Positions 9,484 through 18,942 of a DNA stretch of 64,000 nucleotides are shown one piece after another. A program made the translations under genes and the position numbers. Every line of letters starts with the position of its first letter. Position 1 is the first letter of the stretch. The notes beneath the pieces are model-generated. The model was not told the origin of the DNA. It made no database searches and was given only the letters and a program-made list of their open reading frames with translations. This stretch comes from Deltaproteobacteria bacterium (GTDB taxonomy: Bacteria; Bdellovibrionota_B; Oligoflexia; Oligoflexales; CAIYRB01), in NCBI GenBank assembly GCA_016874735.1, contig VGTI01000010.1, positions 18,170-82,169 on the forward strand, read 5' to 3'.

Positions 9484-10773
9484 TCAAGCAGCGCGCGCCG
9501 CGGGCTTTTCCGCCGCGGTGGCATCGGTAGATTGCACGGCTAGGTGCATACGGCGCGGTCGCCATAGAAGCGCACCGGCAGCAAATCTAGCGACGGTGGA
9601 TACGGCGAATATTATTGGGTAAGCATAGGCCGTCGGTAGTAGTTTGATGCCGGCGCCACCGATAAGGGAGCCGGTGACAACGGCGGCGGCGTTCAGCAAA
9701 TTGAAGACGGTCAGCATCGATAGGCGCTCCTCGCCAGCTATCCGCTCAAAAATCAGCAGGGTCGATGCTAACTCGAAAGCTGCCCATGCGACTCCGGCGA
9801 AAAACTGAATAACAAGGAGCACGGGAAACTGCGGGGCCAGCAACCAAGTGAGTGGTAGGGGAGAGATACCCAAGGCAGCAACAACTAAACTGCGGTAGGA
9901 GCCGAAGCGATGAATCTGCGTCGAAAGTATGGGTAGCGTAACGATTTTGGCGAGGTAGCACATCCCGACCAAGGCCACGTACTGGTAGTAGGGAAAGCCC
10001 GCTTCGGCCAGCATATAGGAGGCAAAAAAGGCGCCGCCGATATGGACACCGACTTGTGATGCCAGTAGAAACACCAGGAAGCGACTTGATTGGGCCGTGT
10101 AAAGGCGTCGCGCAATGATGATGAAATTTGGTTTAGGTCCAGCGTTGGTGCGCAGTGGCGTATCACTTTGCAGCCCAAGACAGAGGCAAGACAGAAGGCG
10201 CCACCCGGTTGCGGTGACGAATAGAGTCGCAAAACCTGTCAGCGTCTCACCCTTAGTTTGAAAAGCAACCAGCACATATCCTGCACCGAGGAAAGCCAGG
10301 AACGCTGCCAGCTGCGTCAGCCGCGCGCGTACGGTAAAGAATGGTCTCAGAGCATCTTTGGGTATTAAACGGTCAATCCAACTATTCCAGGCCGGGCCCG
10401 CAGCCATGCCGAAGCCCCAGTAGACGGCGCAGGTAGCAAACAGCGTGTAAACACTGATGTTGGCGTGCCATGCCCCGTAGGCTAGGGGCAGAAAGGCCAG
10501 ACCTTGCAGTAAGGCGCATCCAACCACCCAGCGGCGATAGGAGCCGCACCATACGGCCCCCCTTGGCCCCATAAGCTGGAGTAGGCCGCCGATCAGTAGG
10601 GGCACAGTACCAACCAGGCCAGCAGTCACCTGACCGAGACCAACCGCCAAAGCAAAGGCAGCGATATAGGTCTCACCGCAGCCCACCATCATGCTATAGG
10701 CGCTGCCATCGGCGCAGCTGAGCACCATGTTCTTCTTGCTGGACGTGCTGATGTTGGTGGTTTTGCTGGTCAA
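9484..10773 (-). CDS. MFS-type transporter
   Basis: The 429-aa protein is highly hydrophobic with about 12 predicted TM segments in two halves. The family call rests on general topology only. Confidence 0.7.
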   Translation of the reverse strand: MTSKTTNISTSSKKNMVLSCADGSAYSMMVGCGETYIAAFALAVGLGQVTAGLVGTVPLLIGGLLQLMGPRGAVWCGSYRRWVVGCALLQGLAFLPLAYGAWHANISVYTLFATCAVYWGFGMAAGPAWNSWIDRLIPKDALRPFFTVRARLTQLAAFLAFLGAGYVLVAFQTKGETLTGFATLFVTATGWRLLSCLCLGLQSDTPLRTNAGPKPNFIIIARRLYTAQSSRFLVFLLASQVGVHIGGAFFASYMLAEAGFPYYQYVALVGMCYLAKIVTLPILSTQIHRFGSYRSLVVAALGISPLPLTWLLAPQFPVLLVIQFFAGVAWAAFELASTLLIFERIAGEERLSMLTVFNLLNAAAVVTGSLIGGAGIKLLPTAYAYPIIFAVSTVARFAAGALLWRPRRMHLAVQSTDATAAEKPAARAA

Positions 10774-10799
10774 AGGTGAGGTTTATCGTGTGAGGTTCA

Positions 10800-11708
10800 T
10801 CAACCCAAATTGCGATCCATTTTCTTTTGTTTAAGACCACGGTGTTTTTCGATGAAATCGATAATCGCTCCGGCTACGTCCTTTTGCGTCGATTTCTCGA
10901 TACCCTCAAGGCCCGGGGACGAGTTGACTTCCATCACGACGGGGCCATGAGCCGAGCGGAGAATGTCGACACCAGCAACCTGCAAGCCCATGGCCTTCGC
11001 TGCCTTAACTGCAGTAGCACGCTCGGCTGGTGTGATTTTGACGCGCGTGGCGACGCCACCGCGATGGAGGTTTGATCTAAACTCGCCCTCGGGAGCTTTA
11101 CGCATCATGGCGGCAAACACTTTGTCACCAATCACAAAGCAGCGAATGTCGTTGCCCCGCGCCTCTTTGATAAACTCCTGCACGATGATATTTGCTTTTA
11201 GGCCACGGAAAGCCTCTATGACACTTTCTGCCGCGTTCCGGTTTTCTGCAAGTACCACACCGATGCCCTGCGTGCCTTCCAGTAGCTTCACTACTAAAGG
11301 AGCGCCGCCGACCGAGTTAATCAGACCATCTACGTCGCGCGTGGAGTGGGCGCAGCCCGTGACCGGCAGACCGATACCCTGCTTGGCCATAATCTGAAGG
11401 CTGCGCAGTTTGTCGCGCGAGCGTGATATGGCAAGGGATCGATTAAGCGTGTAGGTACCCATCATTTCAAATTGACGCACAACAGCGGTGCCGTAAAAGG
11501 TGTGCGAGGCGCCGATTCTCGGAATCACGGCATCGAAATCAGCTAATGATCGCCCTTTGAAGAATATTTGCGGCTTATGCGAGGTGATATTCATAAAGCA
11601 GCGCAGATAGTCGATCACTTCCACCGAATGGCCACGGTCACGGGCCGCCTCAACAAGGCGGGTGGTCGAGTAGAGAGAGGGTTTGCGTGAAAGTACAGCG
11701 ATCTTCAT
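10800..11708 (-). CDS. rimK: RimK-family ATP-grasp glutamate ligase (ribosomal protein S6 modification)
   Basis: [32 protein letters not shown] and the ATP-grasp core are typical of RimK. Its start overlaps the stop of the upstream protease gene in an ATGA. Confidence 0.9.
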   Translation of the reverse strand: MKIAVLSRKPSLYSTTRLVEAARDRGHSVEVIDYLRCFMNITSHKPQIFFKGRSLADFDAVIPRIGASHTFYGTAVVRQFEMMGTYTLNRSLAISRSRDKLRSLQIMAKQGIGLPVTGCAHSTRDVDGLINSVGGAPLVVKLLEGTQGIGVVLAENRNAAESVIEAFRGLKANIIVQEFIKEARGNDIRCFVIGDKVFAAMMRKAPEGEFRSNLHRGGVATRVKITPAERATAVKAAKAMGLQVAGVDILRSAHGPVVMEVNSSPGLEGIEKSTQKDVAGAIIDFIEKHRGLKQKKMDRNLG

Positions 11709-12187
11709 GTTGCCTTTGCCTTAGTTCTCAGTAACTTCTTTCTGCCGCCCAGGTACGACCTTCCTGCATCCACCATGAAATGGCCACGCAGCGCTTGCCG
11801 TCCGATTAACATGCGAAAGCCCATCGAGCTGCGTGCAATCAGAGTCAGTTCGACGCATATAGCCCGCCCCTTGATCACGACTGTGGTCTCGATCACTGGA
11901 CGGAGCGAAGTCTTGCCACCGGAATCCCGAACGAACCGTTCCTCTATCAAGGGAGCCTCACATACGACAACCTGTTTCGTCGTCCTTTGAAGCGGGTGAA
12001 CATCAAATTTCACCCATGTTTTCCCTGCCTTAACTGTATATCTGATATTTATGGCATGAAGCGCCGAAGTCCTGGCGCCAGTGTCCACCTTGGCTTTGAC
12101 TAGTCCCAACCCTAGATCAGGTAGGCCAACGTACTCGCGCCAGCCGACCACCTTTAAGGCTTTAATTTTACTTTCAACCTCGGTCAC
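11705..12187 (-). CDS. RimB-like retropepsin-fold protease (putative ATP-dependent zinc protease family, DUF785)
   Basis: It has a [11 protein letters not shown] aspartic-protease-like motif, is 160 aa long, and is translationally coupled to rimK. Confidence 0.8.
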   Translation of the reverse strand: MTEVESKIKALKVVGWREYVGLPDLGLGLVKAKVDTGARTSALHAINIRYTVKAGKTWVKFDVHPLQRTTKQVVVCEAPLIEERFVRDSGGKTSLRPVIETTVVIKGRAICVELTLIARSSMGFRMLIGRQALRGHFMVDAGRSYLGGRKKLLRTKAKAT

Positions 12188-12277
12188 GAGGGGGCCTCGG
12201 GAGAATGGGTAGGAAGGGGACTCTGTCCTAGTTTATCCAAATCCAGACCTGTTGAAATCCGGCAATTTTTGCCGGCT

Positions 12278-12973
12278 TCAAGCAGCGCGGATGATGATCA
12301 TAATCTTGTCGTCGCTGACAGGATGTTTGGCGATTGCGCTCATACCTTCATCGAGAGCTCCGCGGATGATACGCTGCACCGCGCGACCGCTGCGCCGTGT
12401 CTGCCAATCCAAGATCCCATCGGTGCCGAGCATCAGAATGTACGGCTCTCCGACTGGTAAGGCAATGATTTCGGGCTGGAACGTCACTAAGGGATCTAGG
12501 CCAAGCACTGAGCCGCGCGCATTGATGGGTACAATACTTCGGTGATCGTGGATGTCGCGGGCGAAGTACATCGGCACATGCCCAGCGGAGAAGTAAGTAC
12601 AGTGGCTTCCTGCGAGTACCATGACCCCCATGGATACCGAGTGAGTACCCTGGGTACGGCCTAACGTGCACAGCGCTTGATTTAAACTCTGCAACCACTT
12701 GTCCGCATCAAACTGTGGTTCCGCCAAGCTTGCTGCCCAGAGTGACTGGACACATTGGACGACCATGGCGGCAGGAATTCCTTTGCCGGTGACATCGGCA
12801 ACTACCACTACCTGGCGTCCGTCAGGCAGTTCACGTTCCGCCAGCCAGTCACCGCCCAAAATGCCGTAAGGGACATGGAAAAAATCAATCTCATGATTTC
12901 CGGATTTTTTTGGTTCCAACCGGTGACTGAAAGGCATCCTGGACGGCGCGCGCAATTTCGAGTTCACGCTCAA
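12278..12973 (-). CDS. SpoIIE/PP2C-type phosphatase catalytic domain (downstream half of a split gene)
   Basis: Motifs GILGGDW, VVVADVTGKGIPAAM and GTDGILD are present. The ORF-track start is TTG and an ATG lies at 12937. The ORF overlaps the upstream membrane ORF by 83 nt in another frame. Confidence 0.75.
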   Translation of the reverse strand: MSVNSKLRAPSRMPFSHRLEPKKSGNHEIDFFHVPYGILGGDWLAERELPDGRQVVVVADVTGKGIPAAMVVQCVQSLWAASLAEPQFDADKWLQSLNQALCTLGRTQGTHSVSMGVMVLAGSHCTYFSAGHVPMYFARDIHDHRSIVPINARGSVLGLDPLVTFQPEIIALPVGEPYILMLGTDGILDWQTRRSGRAVQRIIRGALDEGMSAIAKHPVSDDKIMIIIRAA

Positions 12974-13667
12974 TAGTCTGGCGCTTCAACAACTCGTTTT
13001 GCATCGAGAGTTGCTGAGCGTTGAATTCCACGAGAGCGAGCCTACGTCGTATTTTTGTTTCAACGAAAAAATAACCCCCGATACAAACGTTTGGTAGAAG
13101 TGCCAGTATAAACAATCCAACTTGATTACTCGATCGTTCGCTGACAGAGGGCAGGAGAGTGATTAAGGGTAGTACACATAAAAACATGACGACCAGATGA
13201 CCGTAAAGCAACGTAGCCGCCCCAATCCCCCAGCCGATAATTTCAAGGATCAATCCTGCCATGACGTAATAGTCTGGAGTAAACTGAGGATCTTTGAACA
13301 CAGAGTCGAAAAAGGAGGCGCAGCACACAAGGCAAGATATGATTATAAAAGATCCCCGTAGCGTCACCATGAGTTCACGTTTGTGGGGTTTTACGAATCG
13401 CTCTGCGAAGATCCAAATGAGGCACTCGAGTGCAAGGGTTGAGGTCCAAAGCATGGCAATTAGTTTGAGCTTAGGATGACCAACAAAATAAACGGCGGCT
13501 GTGCCTAACACATATCCAAAAAGGCCAAGCTTATTGTAGTATCCCACACCCCTTGCTAATTCACGTTCTCGATGCTGGTTGAGATAAACGATTTGCTCAT
13601 TGGACAGATCATCAAGATCTTGCCTAAATAAAATATTTTTTATCTTAAATCGGATTTTAGTGATCAT
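12891..13667 (-). CDS. Multi-TM sensor module, upstream half of the split SpoIIE phosphatase
   Basis: There are about 6 hydrophobic helices, then the linker ELEIARAVQDAFQSP that is typical just before SpoIIE domains. The ORF terminates 4 codons after an A7 tract. Confidence 0.7.
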   Translation of the reverse strand: MITKIRFKIKNILFRQDLDDLSNEQIVYLNQHRERELARGVGYYNKLGLFGYVLGTAAVYFVGHPKLKLIAMLWTSTLALECLIWIFAERFVKPHKRELMVTLRGSFIIISCLVCCASFFDSVFKDPQFTPDYYVMAGLILEIIGWGIGAATLLYGHLVVMFLCVLPLITLLPSVSERSSNQVGLFILALLPNVCIGGYFFVETKIRRRLALVEFNAQQLSMQNELLKRQTIERELEIARAVQDAFQSPVGTKKIRKS

Positions 13668-13676
13668 GTAACGGAT

Positions 13677-14228
13677 TCATGTTCTTAATTGTGGATGCCA
13701 AGACAGCCGTGGATGAAGTTTTTTCTGAGCAGTTTTGCGACCACTGGGCGCCGATCCACCAATGACAATACTGTGGCGCCTCACCTGCCGTTGCTGGGGC
13801 GTTTCGATCACCCAGACCCATTTGACGCGCGCCATTCTCTGCTCATTACTAAGGTCGCTGGTTGCGCGACTCAGACTAACTGCCATGGTTAAAGTGATCC
13901 GTCCTCGATGCGAGGCGACGACTAAAGTCAGCCCTTGGCGAGCAGCTTGTTTAGTAAACCCAATACCGCCAAGTTTAGAATGAACCCGGATGCGGTAGCG
14001 TAGCCCGGGGGCCTTGGGGATATGGCCGTTTTTAATCAGTAGTTGCACGGGGAGTAAGCTGCCATTGGTGGCAACGAGACGGCCTAGGCGTATAATCAGT
14101 TCTTTGTCGAGTCCTGTGATCTCAGTGACCTGCTGCATGAGCTGCGGTTCCAGCGCACCGGCAGGGAGCGCATGGCAGAAGGACACATTGCGCAAGACTT
14201 GGCGCAAAAGTTCATTCGGTGCAGTCAT
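13677..14228 (-). CDS. Hypothetical protein with basic C-terminus
   Basis: The 183-aa ORF has an ATG with GGAGG 11 nt upstream. I recognised no motif. Confidence 0.5.
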   Translation of the reverse strand: MTAPNELLRQVLRNVSFCHALPAGALEPQLMQQVTEITGLDKELIIRLGRLVATNGSLLPVQLLIKNGHIPKAPGLRYRIRVHSKLGGIGFTKQAARQGLTLVVASHRGRITLTMAVSLSRATSDLSNEQRMARVKWVWVIETPQQRQVRRHSIVIGGSAPSGRKTAQKKLHPRLSWHPQLRT

Positions 14229-14336
14229 GAAAGGTTGGCCTCCAAGCTGGTACCGTTTTGTACCAACTGGGAATGTTTTCGGCTAACCCACCGCAAACCT
14301 TGAGGCTCTGGAAAACAAATAAATATTTACCAGTAA

Positions 14337-14594
14337 TTATAGGGAGGTGGGCCAGCAGCGCACATCAGAAAACGTCGCCCCGCAAGCATAGCGTGCCCAG
14401 TAATCGTTGTATCCGTAAGCTTGGCCACAAATCACATCTTGATTGTTGGCTGCCGATTTACCGTAACAGGTCCAAAGATACCACTGGGCATTGGGGGGAT
14501 TCATAATTGGGGGAAGCTGTGCATAGCCTTGCGTGCTGAACACGGAAACAGCAACAGCTAAGATGGGGCGTATGAATTTAGGGATGAATGTCAT
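14337..14594 (-). CDS. Small secreted Cys-containing protein
   Basis: The 85-aa product has a signal peptide (ILAVAVSVFSTQGYA/Q) and 4 Cys in the roughly 60-aa mature part. GGAG lies upstream. Confidence 0.5.
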   Translation of the reverse strand: MTFIPKFIRPILAVAVSVFSTQGYAQLPPIMNPPNAQWYLWTCYGKSAANNQDVICGQAYGYNDYWARYACGATFSDVRCWPTSL

Positions 14595-14610
14595 CTGCCA
14601 AAAAACTCCA

Positions 14611-15126
14611 TTAAGGCTCTAGCACCGTATCTATGATGTGAACTAAACCGTTGACGCCTCTTAAATCCCCGCCGACAACCCTCGCATCATTGATCAGGAT
14701 GTACGGGGTATCATGCATCACGGATACGAGCCGCCCGAGACGGGTGATGAGATATTGGCGTGATTCAAGATCGCTTAAGGTGACATAGCCGTCGACCAAA
14801 TGAATTTCAACCAGGGAACTGAGAGCTGCTGGTTGCGCAAAGAGTTTCGCAAGTTCATCGGCAGGCCATTCGTCGAATGCCGCGTTTGTCGGTGCGAATA
14901 CCGTGACGTTGGTGCCTTGCATGAGATCCCGGCTAATTCCCGTGCGGTCCAATGCCTTTTTAAACGTCAAGAGCTTGGGATCAACGCTGATCAGGTCTAA
15001 GACCGTCGGTGCCAGCGCGTTAGAGTCGTCTGCCAAAGCCGCGGACGAGGCATTGGCGCCAGCAAACGGCGAAAATAAAGCTAAGATTGCGATGGCGAGC
15101 GTTGATATTTGATGTAGTGACTTCAC
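14611..15126 (-). CDS. Fasciclin (FAS1) domain protein, secreted
   Basis: TVFAPTNAAFDEWP and NGLVHIIDTVL are FAS1 motifs. I prefer the GTG at 15126 (AGGGAG 7 nt upstream) over the TTG at 15141. Confidence 0.85.
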   Translation of the reverse strand: MKSLHQISTLAIAILALFSPFAGANASSAALADDSNALAPTVLDLISVDPKLLTFKKALDRTGISRDLMQGTNVTVFAPTNAAFDEWPADELAKLFAQPAALSSLVEIHLVDGYVTLSDLESRQYLITRLGRLVSVMHDTPYILINDARVVGGDLRGVNGLVHIIDTVLEP

Positions 15127-15137
15127 GTGCGTCTCCC

Positions 15138-16073
15138 TCAAAATCCATGTACCCAGCCCATCGTGGTGACTTCCGTACCATCAGACCAATATAAACCACG
15201 CTTTTGCGTGATGGTCCCAATATGGTGGACGAGTAGATTCGGGGCAAATGGCTGTTGTGCTAGCAGCATAGCACCTTTTTCTGGCGGCAGTGTAAAACAT
15301 AACTCAAAGTCTTCGCCGTCGCCTAGGGCGTGATGGAGTGGATCTTTACCGCTTTTTTTGGCGGCTTGACGCGCTGCTGCACTGATGGGAATGCGACTTG
15401 GATCCAGCGTGGCGCCAAACCCGCTCGCATCAAGTATATGACGGAGGTCCGAGCCGAGCCCGTCGCTCAAATCTAGCATAGCTGTAAGGCCGTACTTTTC
15501 GTGGAGCATTGAGGCTTCGTTGATGCGGGGCGTGAAGCTCAGGTGCTTACCGGTAATGCTACCACCTAGCTCACCCGTCACGAAGATCCAGTCGCCTAAA
15601 TTAGTACCGCTCCTGAGGACGCTTCCGTCATGGTGTGGCACACCTGTGATAGCGACGCTGATGACGAGGGGGCCGTTCCAAGAGTTGGTGTCGCCTCCAG
15701 CAATAGCTACATCATACTCACTCGCCAGAGGTAGCATACCGCTCATGAGTTCACGCGCTAAGGTCTCGCCCCCTCTCTCCGGAAGCGATTTAGGCAGCGC
15801 TAAACAAACCGTCACACTGCTGGGTCGTCCTGCCATTGCGGCGATATCGCTCAAATTAACGGCAAGTGCTTTACGGCCGATCAGTTTAGGTAAGGTCGAG
15901 GCCAGGTCAAAATGGACACCGTCCATTAGCATATCGGCGGCAAACAGCACCCCGCTTGTGTGAGGCGGCAGCAGCGCCGTGTCGTCACCAGGGGGAATGA
16001 GTAGCGCATCGTTACTCGGATGGGACGTTGCCAACTTTTGGGCAAGCCAACGAATGAAATCGAACTCAGCCAT
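15138..16073 (-). CDS. thiL: Thiamine-monophosphate kinase
   Basis: AEFDFIRWL..., GDDTALL and DMLMDGVHF follow the AIR-synthase-like ThiL pattern. The gene overlaps gluQ by 8 nt. Confidence 0.9.
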   Translation of the reverse strand: MAEFDFIRWLAQKLATSHPSNDALLIPPGDDTALLPPHTSGVLFAADMLMDGVHFDLASTLPKLIGRKALAVNLSDIAAMAGRPSSVTVCLALPKSLPERGGETLARELMSGMLPLASEYDVAIAGGDTNSWNGPLVISVAITGVPHHDGSVLRSGTNLGDWIFVTGELGGSITGKHLSFTPRINEASMLHEKYGLTAMLDLSDGLGSDLRHILDASGFGATLDPSRIPISAAARQAAKKSGKDPLHHALGDGEDFELCFTLPPEKGAMLLAQQPFAPNLLVHHIGTITQKRGLYWSDGTEVTTMGWVHGF

Positions 16074-17016
16074 GGCGATGCTCCTTGAGCAAATGAGGGA
16101 ACACGATGAGTGTGTTTAACTCGTCCCAAGTGATAGATCTTGGCGTCGTAATTAATCCCATCGCAAAAGCGGCATCACCTAGTAGTTGCCCTGGCTCTTC
16201 TCCGGCGCTGCGGCGCTTGGCAATTGCTGCGGCGAATGTGCGTTTGCTTAGTTTAGCGCCAGCCGCATCGACTAGCAGCCTGTGATGGAAATAAGTATTG
16301 CTGACATTTTGTCCGAGATGGCGCGCCAAATACATCTGACGCCCTGTGGCGTGTAGTACATCGTTACCACGGACCACGAGATTGATGCCCTGCCGGAGGT
16401 CATCGACGACTACGGCAAAGTTATAGGTGTAGTAACCGTGCCGGTCGCGCAGGAGGAGATCCCCACATTGCTGCATTGGAAACTGCAACTGTGGGCCTAA
16501 ATTAGCATCAAAAAATTGCTCGCGGCTATCATTGAGACGTAGCCGTACCCCAGAATCGGGAGCGTCGTATGGTAGTCCCAGGTTGCGGCAATGGCCGTCG
16601 TAGTGGAGCTCGTCGCCGCCCACTTGGCCCGTGCGTTTGGTGATCGCGAGGCGCGAACATTTGCAGCCATAAATGAGTCCACTGCTATCCAGTTGTCGCA
16701 GTGCGCGTTCGTAGACTTTTAGATTGTCGCTCTGCCTGTAAGGGGATGGATCGTGAGGGTTGAATTCCTGGTTGTCAAAGCGATAGCCGAGCCATGCTAA
16801 GTCCTCAAACGTTGCAAGTTCAAATTCAGGGCGGCAGCGTCCCCGGTCGTGATCTTCCATCCGCAAGATCACCCTGGCTTGCAGCGCCTTTGCTACGCCG
16901 CTCACGAAAATCAGAGATGCTACGTGGCCTAGGTGTAAAAAACCCGTCGGGCTTGGGGCAAAACGAGTGACCCAAGTTTGATGAGGTTGCGTGTGTGGTT
17001 CGGCCTGCGTGTTCAT
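16066..17016 (-). CDS. gluQ: Glutamyl-Q tRNA(Asp) synthetase
   Basis: TRFAPSPTGFLHLGH (HIGH) and KLSKR (KMSKS) are present, and the length is about 317 aa. I trimmed the start to the ATG at 17016 (MNTQAEP...). Confidence 0.85.
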   Translation of the reverse strand: MNTQAEPHTQPHQTWVTRFAPSPTGFLHLGHVASLIFVSGVAKALQARVILRMEDHDRGRCRPEFELATFEDLAWLGYRFDNQEFNPHDPSPYRQSDNLKVYERALRQLDSSGLIYGCKCSRLAITKRTGQVGGDELHYDGHCRNLGLPYDAPDSGVRLRLNDSREQFFDANLGPQLQFPMQQCGDLLLRDRHGYYTYNFAVVVDDLRQGINLVVRGNDVLHATGRQMYLARHLGQNVSNTYFHHRLLVDAAGAKLSKRTFAAAIAKRRSAGEEPGQLLGDAAFAMGLITTPRSITWDELNTLIVFPHLLKEHRHG

Positions 17017-17201
17017 GATTTGCCCGTAGGAAGCTCCTTGGGAGCGCTTATTCGCCCGTCTTAACTCCATCTTAAATGACTGAATACAGGGGATAAAGTC
17101 TTTAAAACGGAATCCTTGGGTTTCCAATGAGTCCTTAGTCATGATATCAGGGGCATAATAATGTTTATGAGTCATATATTGACTCCCTGTGAGTCTCGAT
17201 T

Positions 17202-18068
17202 TTGAGGTCAGGTCTGGTTCGCGGCATCGTTCAAACAGCAGGTCTCTTGGTGGTCACGGCGATGTTCGCCGCTGGTTGCCCGCAGGCCTATGGTGCCGAG
17301 CCCGGGGCAGTGGTCACCAGCTCGAGCAAGCGCGAGCCCTTACCTAACTTGGCTTCGGTAGTGGACAGGGCAGCAGAGGTGCAATCTCCTGCTGTCGTTC
17401 CCAATGCTAACGACAAAATTGAGAGTTTACGGCTCGGTCTACTGCGTGCAGCTGAAAGAATGGGCGAGCTCACCTACGTACCTTACGTGTGGGGCGGTGA
17501 CACCATTGGAGCGCGGCAGCAATGTGAGCAGTGTCGCGCCTGCCGGGAGGAGACCTCGCACCTGCCGTCAGCGCGCAGTGCGGCAGTTTGCACGGCCTGT
17601 GAGCAGTGCGGCATGGATTGCAGTCATTTTGTGCACCGTATCATGAATGACGCTGGACTCCGCTATCCCTATATGGCTACAGAAAAGCTGCGCCACATGC
17701 CGCGTCAGGCACTTAGGGCGCTAAATCTAGTCGATATCGGGCGTGATTTGCATAAGGCCCTGCCGGGAGATCTGCTGCTGCAGCACAGTCATGTCGTGTT
17801 GCTTCTTGCTAGGACTGGTCCTGCCAGAGGTGATGTCATTCATGTCAATCGGTCCTTCAAACACGGCGAAGTGGGGGGCGTTGAGGTGTTACGCGATGCA
17901 GACCTAAGCCGGGTGAGCGGTAAAGTGGTGCGGATACTCCGCCACATCGCTTTAGTACCGCCGCCAAGGCCTGTGGTGCGGCCTAAAGCTAACCCAGCGG
18001 TTTCCGCTAAGCCAGCCCGTCTGGTGGCCCGCAGTGGAACGCTAGGTGGTCGGGTTCGAGGGCGTTGA
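17202..18068 (+). CDS. NlpC/P60 (C40) peptidoglycan hydrolase lipoprotein with Cys-cluster insert
   Basis: It has lipobox FAAGC. The catalytic-type DCSHFV is followed by HSHVVLL and IHV. Two CxxCxxC motifs sit directly before the catalytic Cys. The start is TTG. Confidence 0.7.
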   Translation: MRSGLVRGIVQTAGLLVVTAMFAAGCPQAYGAEPGAVVTSSSKREPLPNLASVVDRAAEVQSPAVVPNANDKIESLRLGLLRAAERMGELTYVPYVWGGDTIGARQQCEQCRACREETSHLPSARSAAVCTACEQCGMDCSHFVHRIMNDAGLRYPYMATEKLRHMPRQALRALNLVDIGRDLHKALPGDLLLQHSHVVLLLARTGPARGDVIHVNRSFKHGEVGGVEVLRDADLSRVSGKVVRILRHIALVPPPRPVVRPKANPAVSAKPARLVARSGTLGGRVRGR

Positions 18069-18919
18069 CCTTGCACGCTGGGCAAACACAAGTGTCGCCG
18101 CGGATCGGTGTCTTTGATTCTGGAGTCGGTGGCCTCAGTATCCTGGCGGCGGTGAAATCACAGGTGCCCCAGGCTCAATTCACTTATGCGGCAGATAATG
18201 CTCACTTTCCTTATGGTACGCGCAGTCGTGAAGAGGTCATTAAATTAACCGCGGCAACTGTGCGGTCGATGCTCCAGAGAGCGCATCTTGATGTCGTTGT
18301 GATTGCGTGTAACACCGCCAGTACAGCAGCTCTAACGGCATTGCGTGAGCAGTTTTCCGTCCCTTTTGTGGGTGTAGTACCTGCGGTAAAACCCGCCGCA
18401 GCAACGACGAAAACCGGGTGCATAGGTATTTTAGCCACACCGACGACGATCGCCGGAGCATACACCAGGGAACTCATTAGTAAGCACGCTGCTCATACCG
18501 CAGTGGTGTGCGTCGGCTCGCGGCGCTTGGTCGAGCTGGCTGAGCGCAAGCTGCGCGGTCAGAGTGTGGCGTTGGATGATGTGCGTGCTGAAATTATGCC
18601 ACTCTTCAACTGCGCAGGCACCGCATCAGGGCCTTCACAAAAAGTGGATGCGGTGGTTCTGGGTTGCACCCATTTTCCCTTGCTCATTGATGAACTGAAG
18701 GCGGCCGCACCGTGGCCGGTGGCATGGATTGACTCTGGTGCGCCAGTAGCGGCGCGCGTCACCCATGTACTTGGGGCTACAGCCACGACGCAAGAGCGGG
18801 CTACAGAGGCAAGCGATCATCTGTTCCTGGCCACAAGTTTGGCCGACACGGAAGCGCTGCTTCCGGCGCTGCTACCATATGGATTCACCAACATTGAACA
18901 TCTGCCCCTCAGGGCATAA
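18065..18919 (+). CDS. murI: Glutamate racemase
   Basis: IGVFDSGVGGLS, ACNTAS and GCTHFP are present. The TTG at 18065 overlaps the NlpC/P60 stop, and a GTG at 18092 is an alternative start. Confidence 0.9.
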   Translation: MTLHAGQTQVSPRIGVFDSGVGGLSILAAVKSQVPQAQFTYAADNAHFPYGTRSREEVIKLTAATVRSMLQRAHLDVVVIACNTASTAALTALREQFSVPFVGVVPAVKPAAATTKTGCIGILATPTTIAGAYTRELISKHAAHTAVVCVGSRRLVELAERKLRGQSVALDDVRAEIMPLFNCAGTASGPSQKVDAVVLGCTHFPLLIDELKAAAPWPVAWIDSGAPVAARVTHVLGATATTQERATEASDHLFLATSLADTEALLPALLPYGFTNIEHLPLRA

Positions 18920-18942
18920 GTTTTAAAACGATCAAGCAGGCT

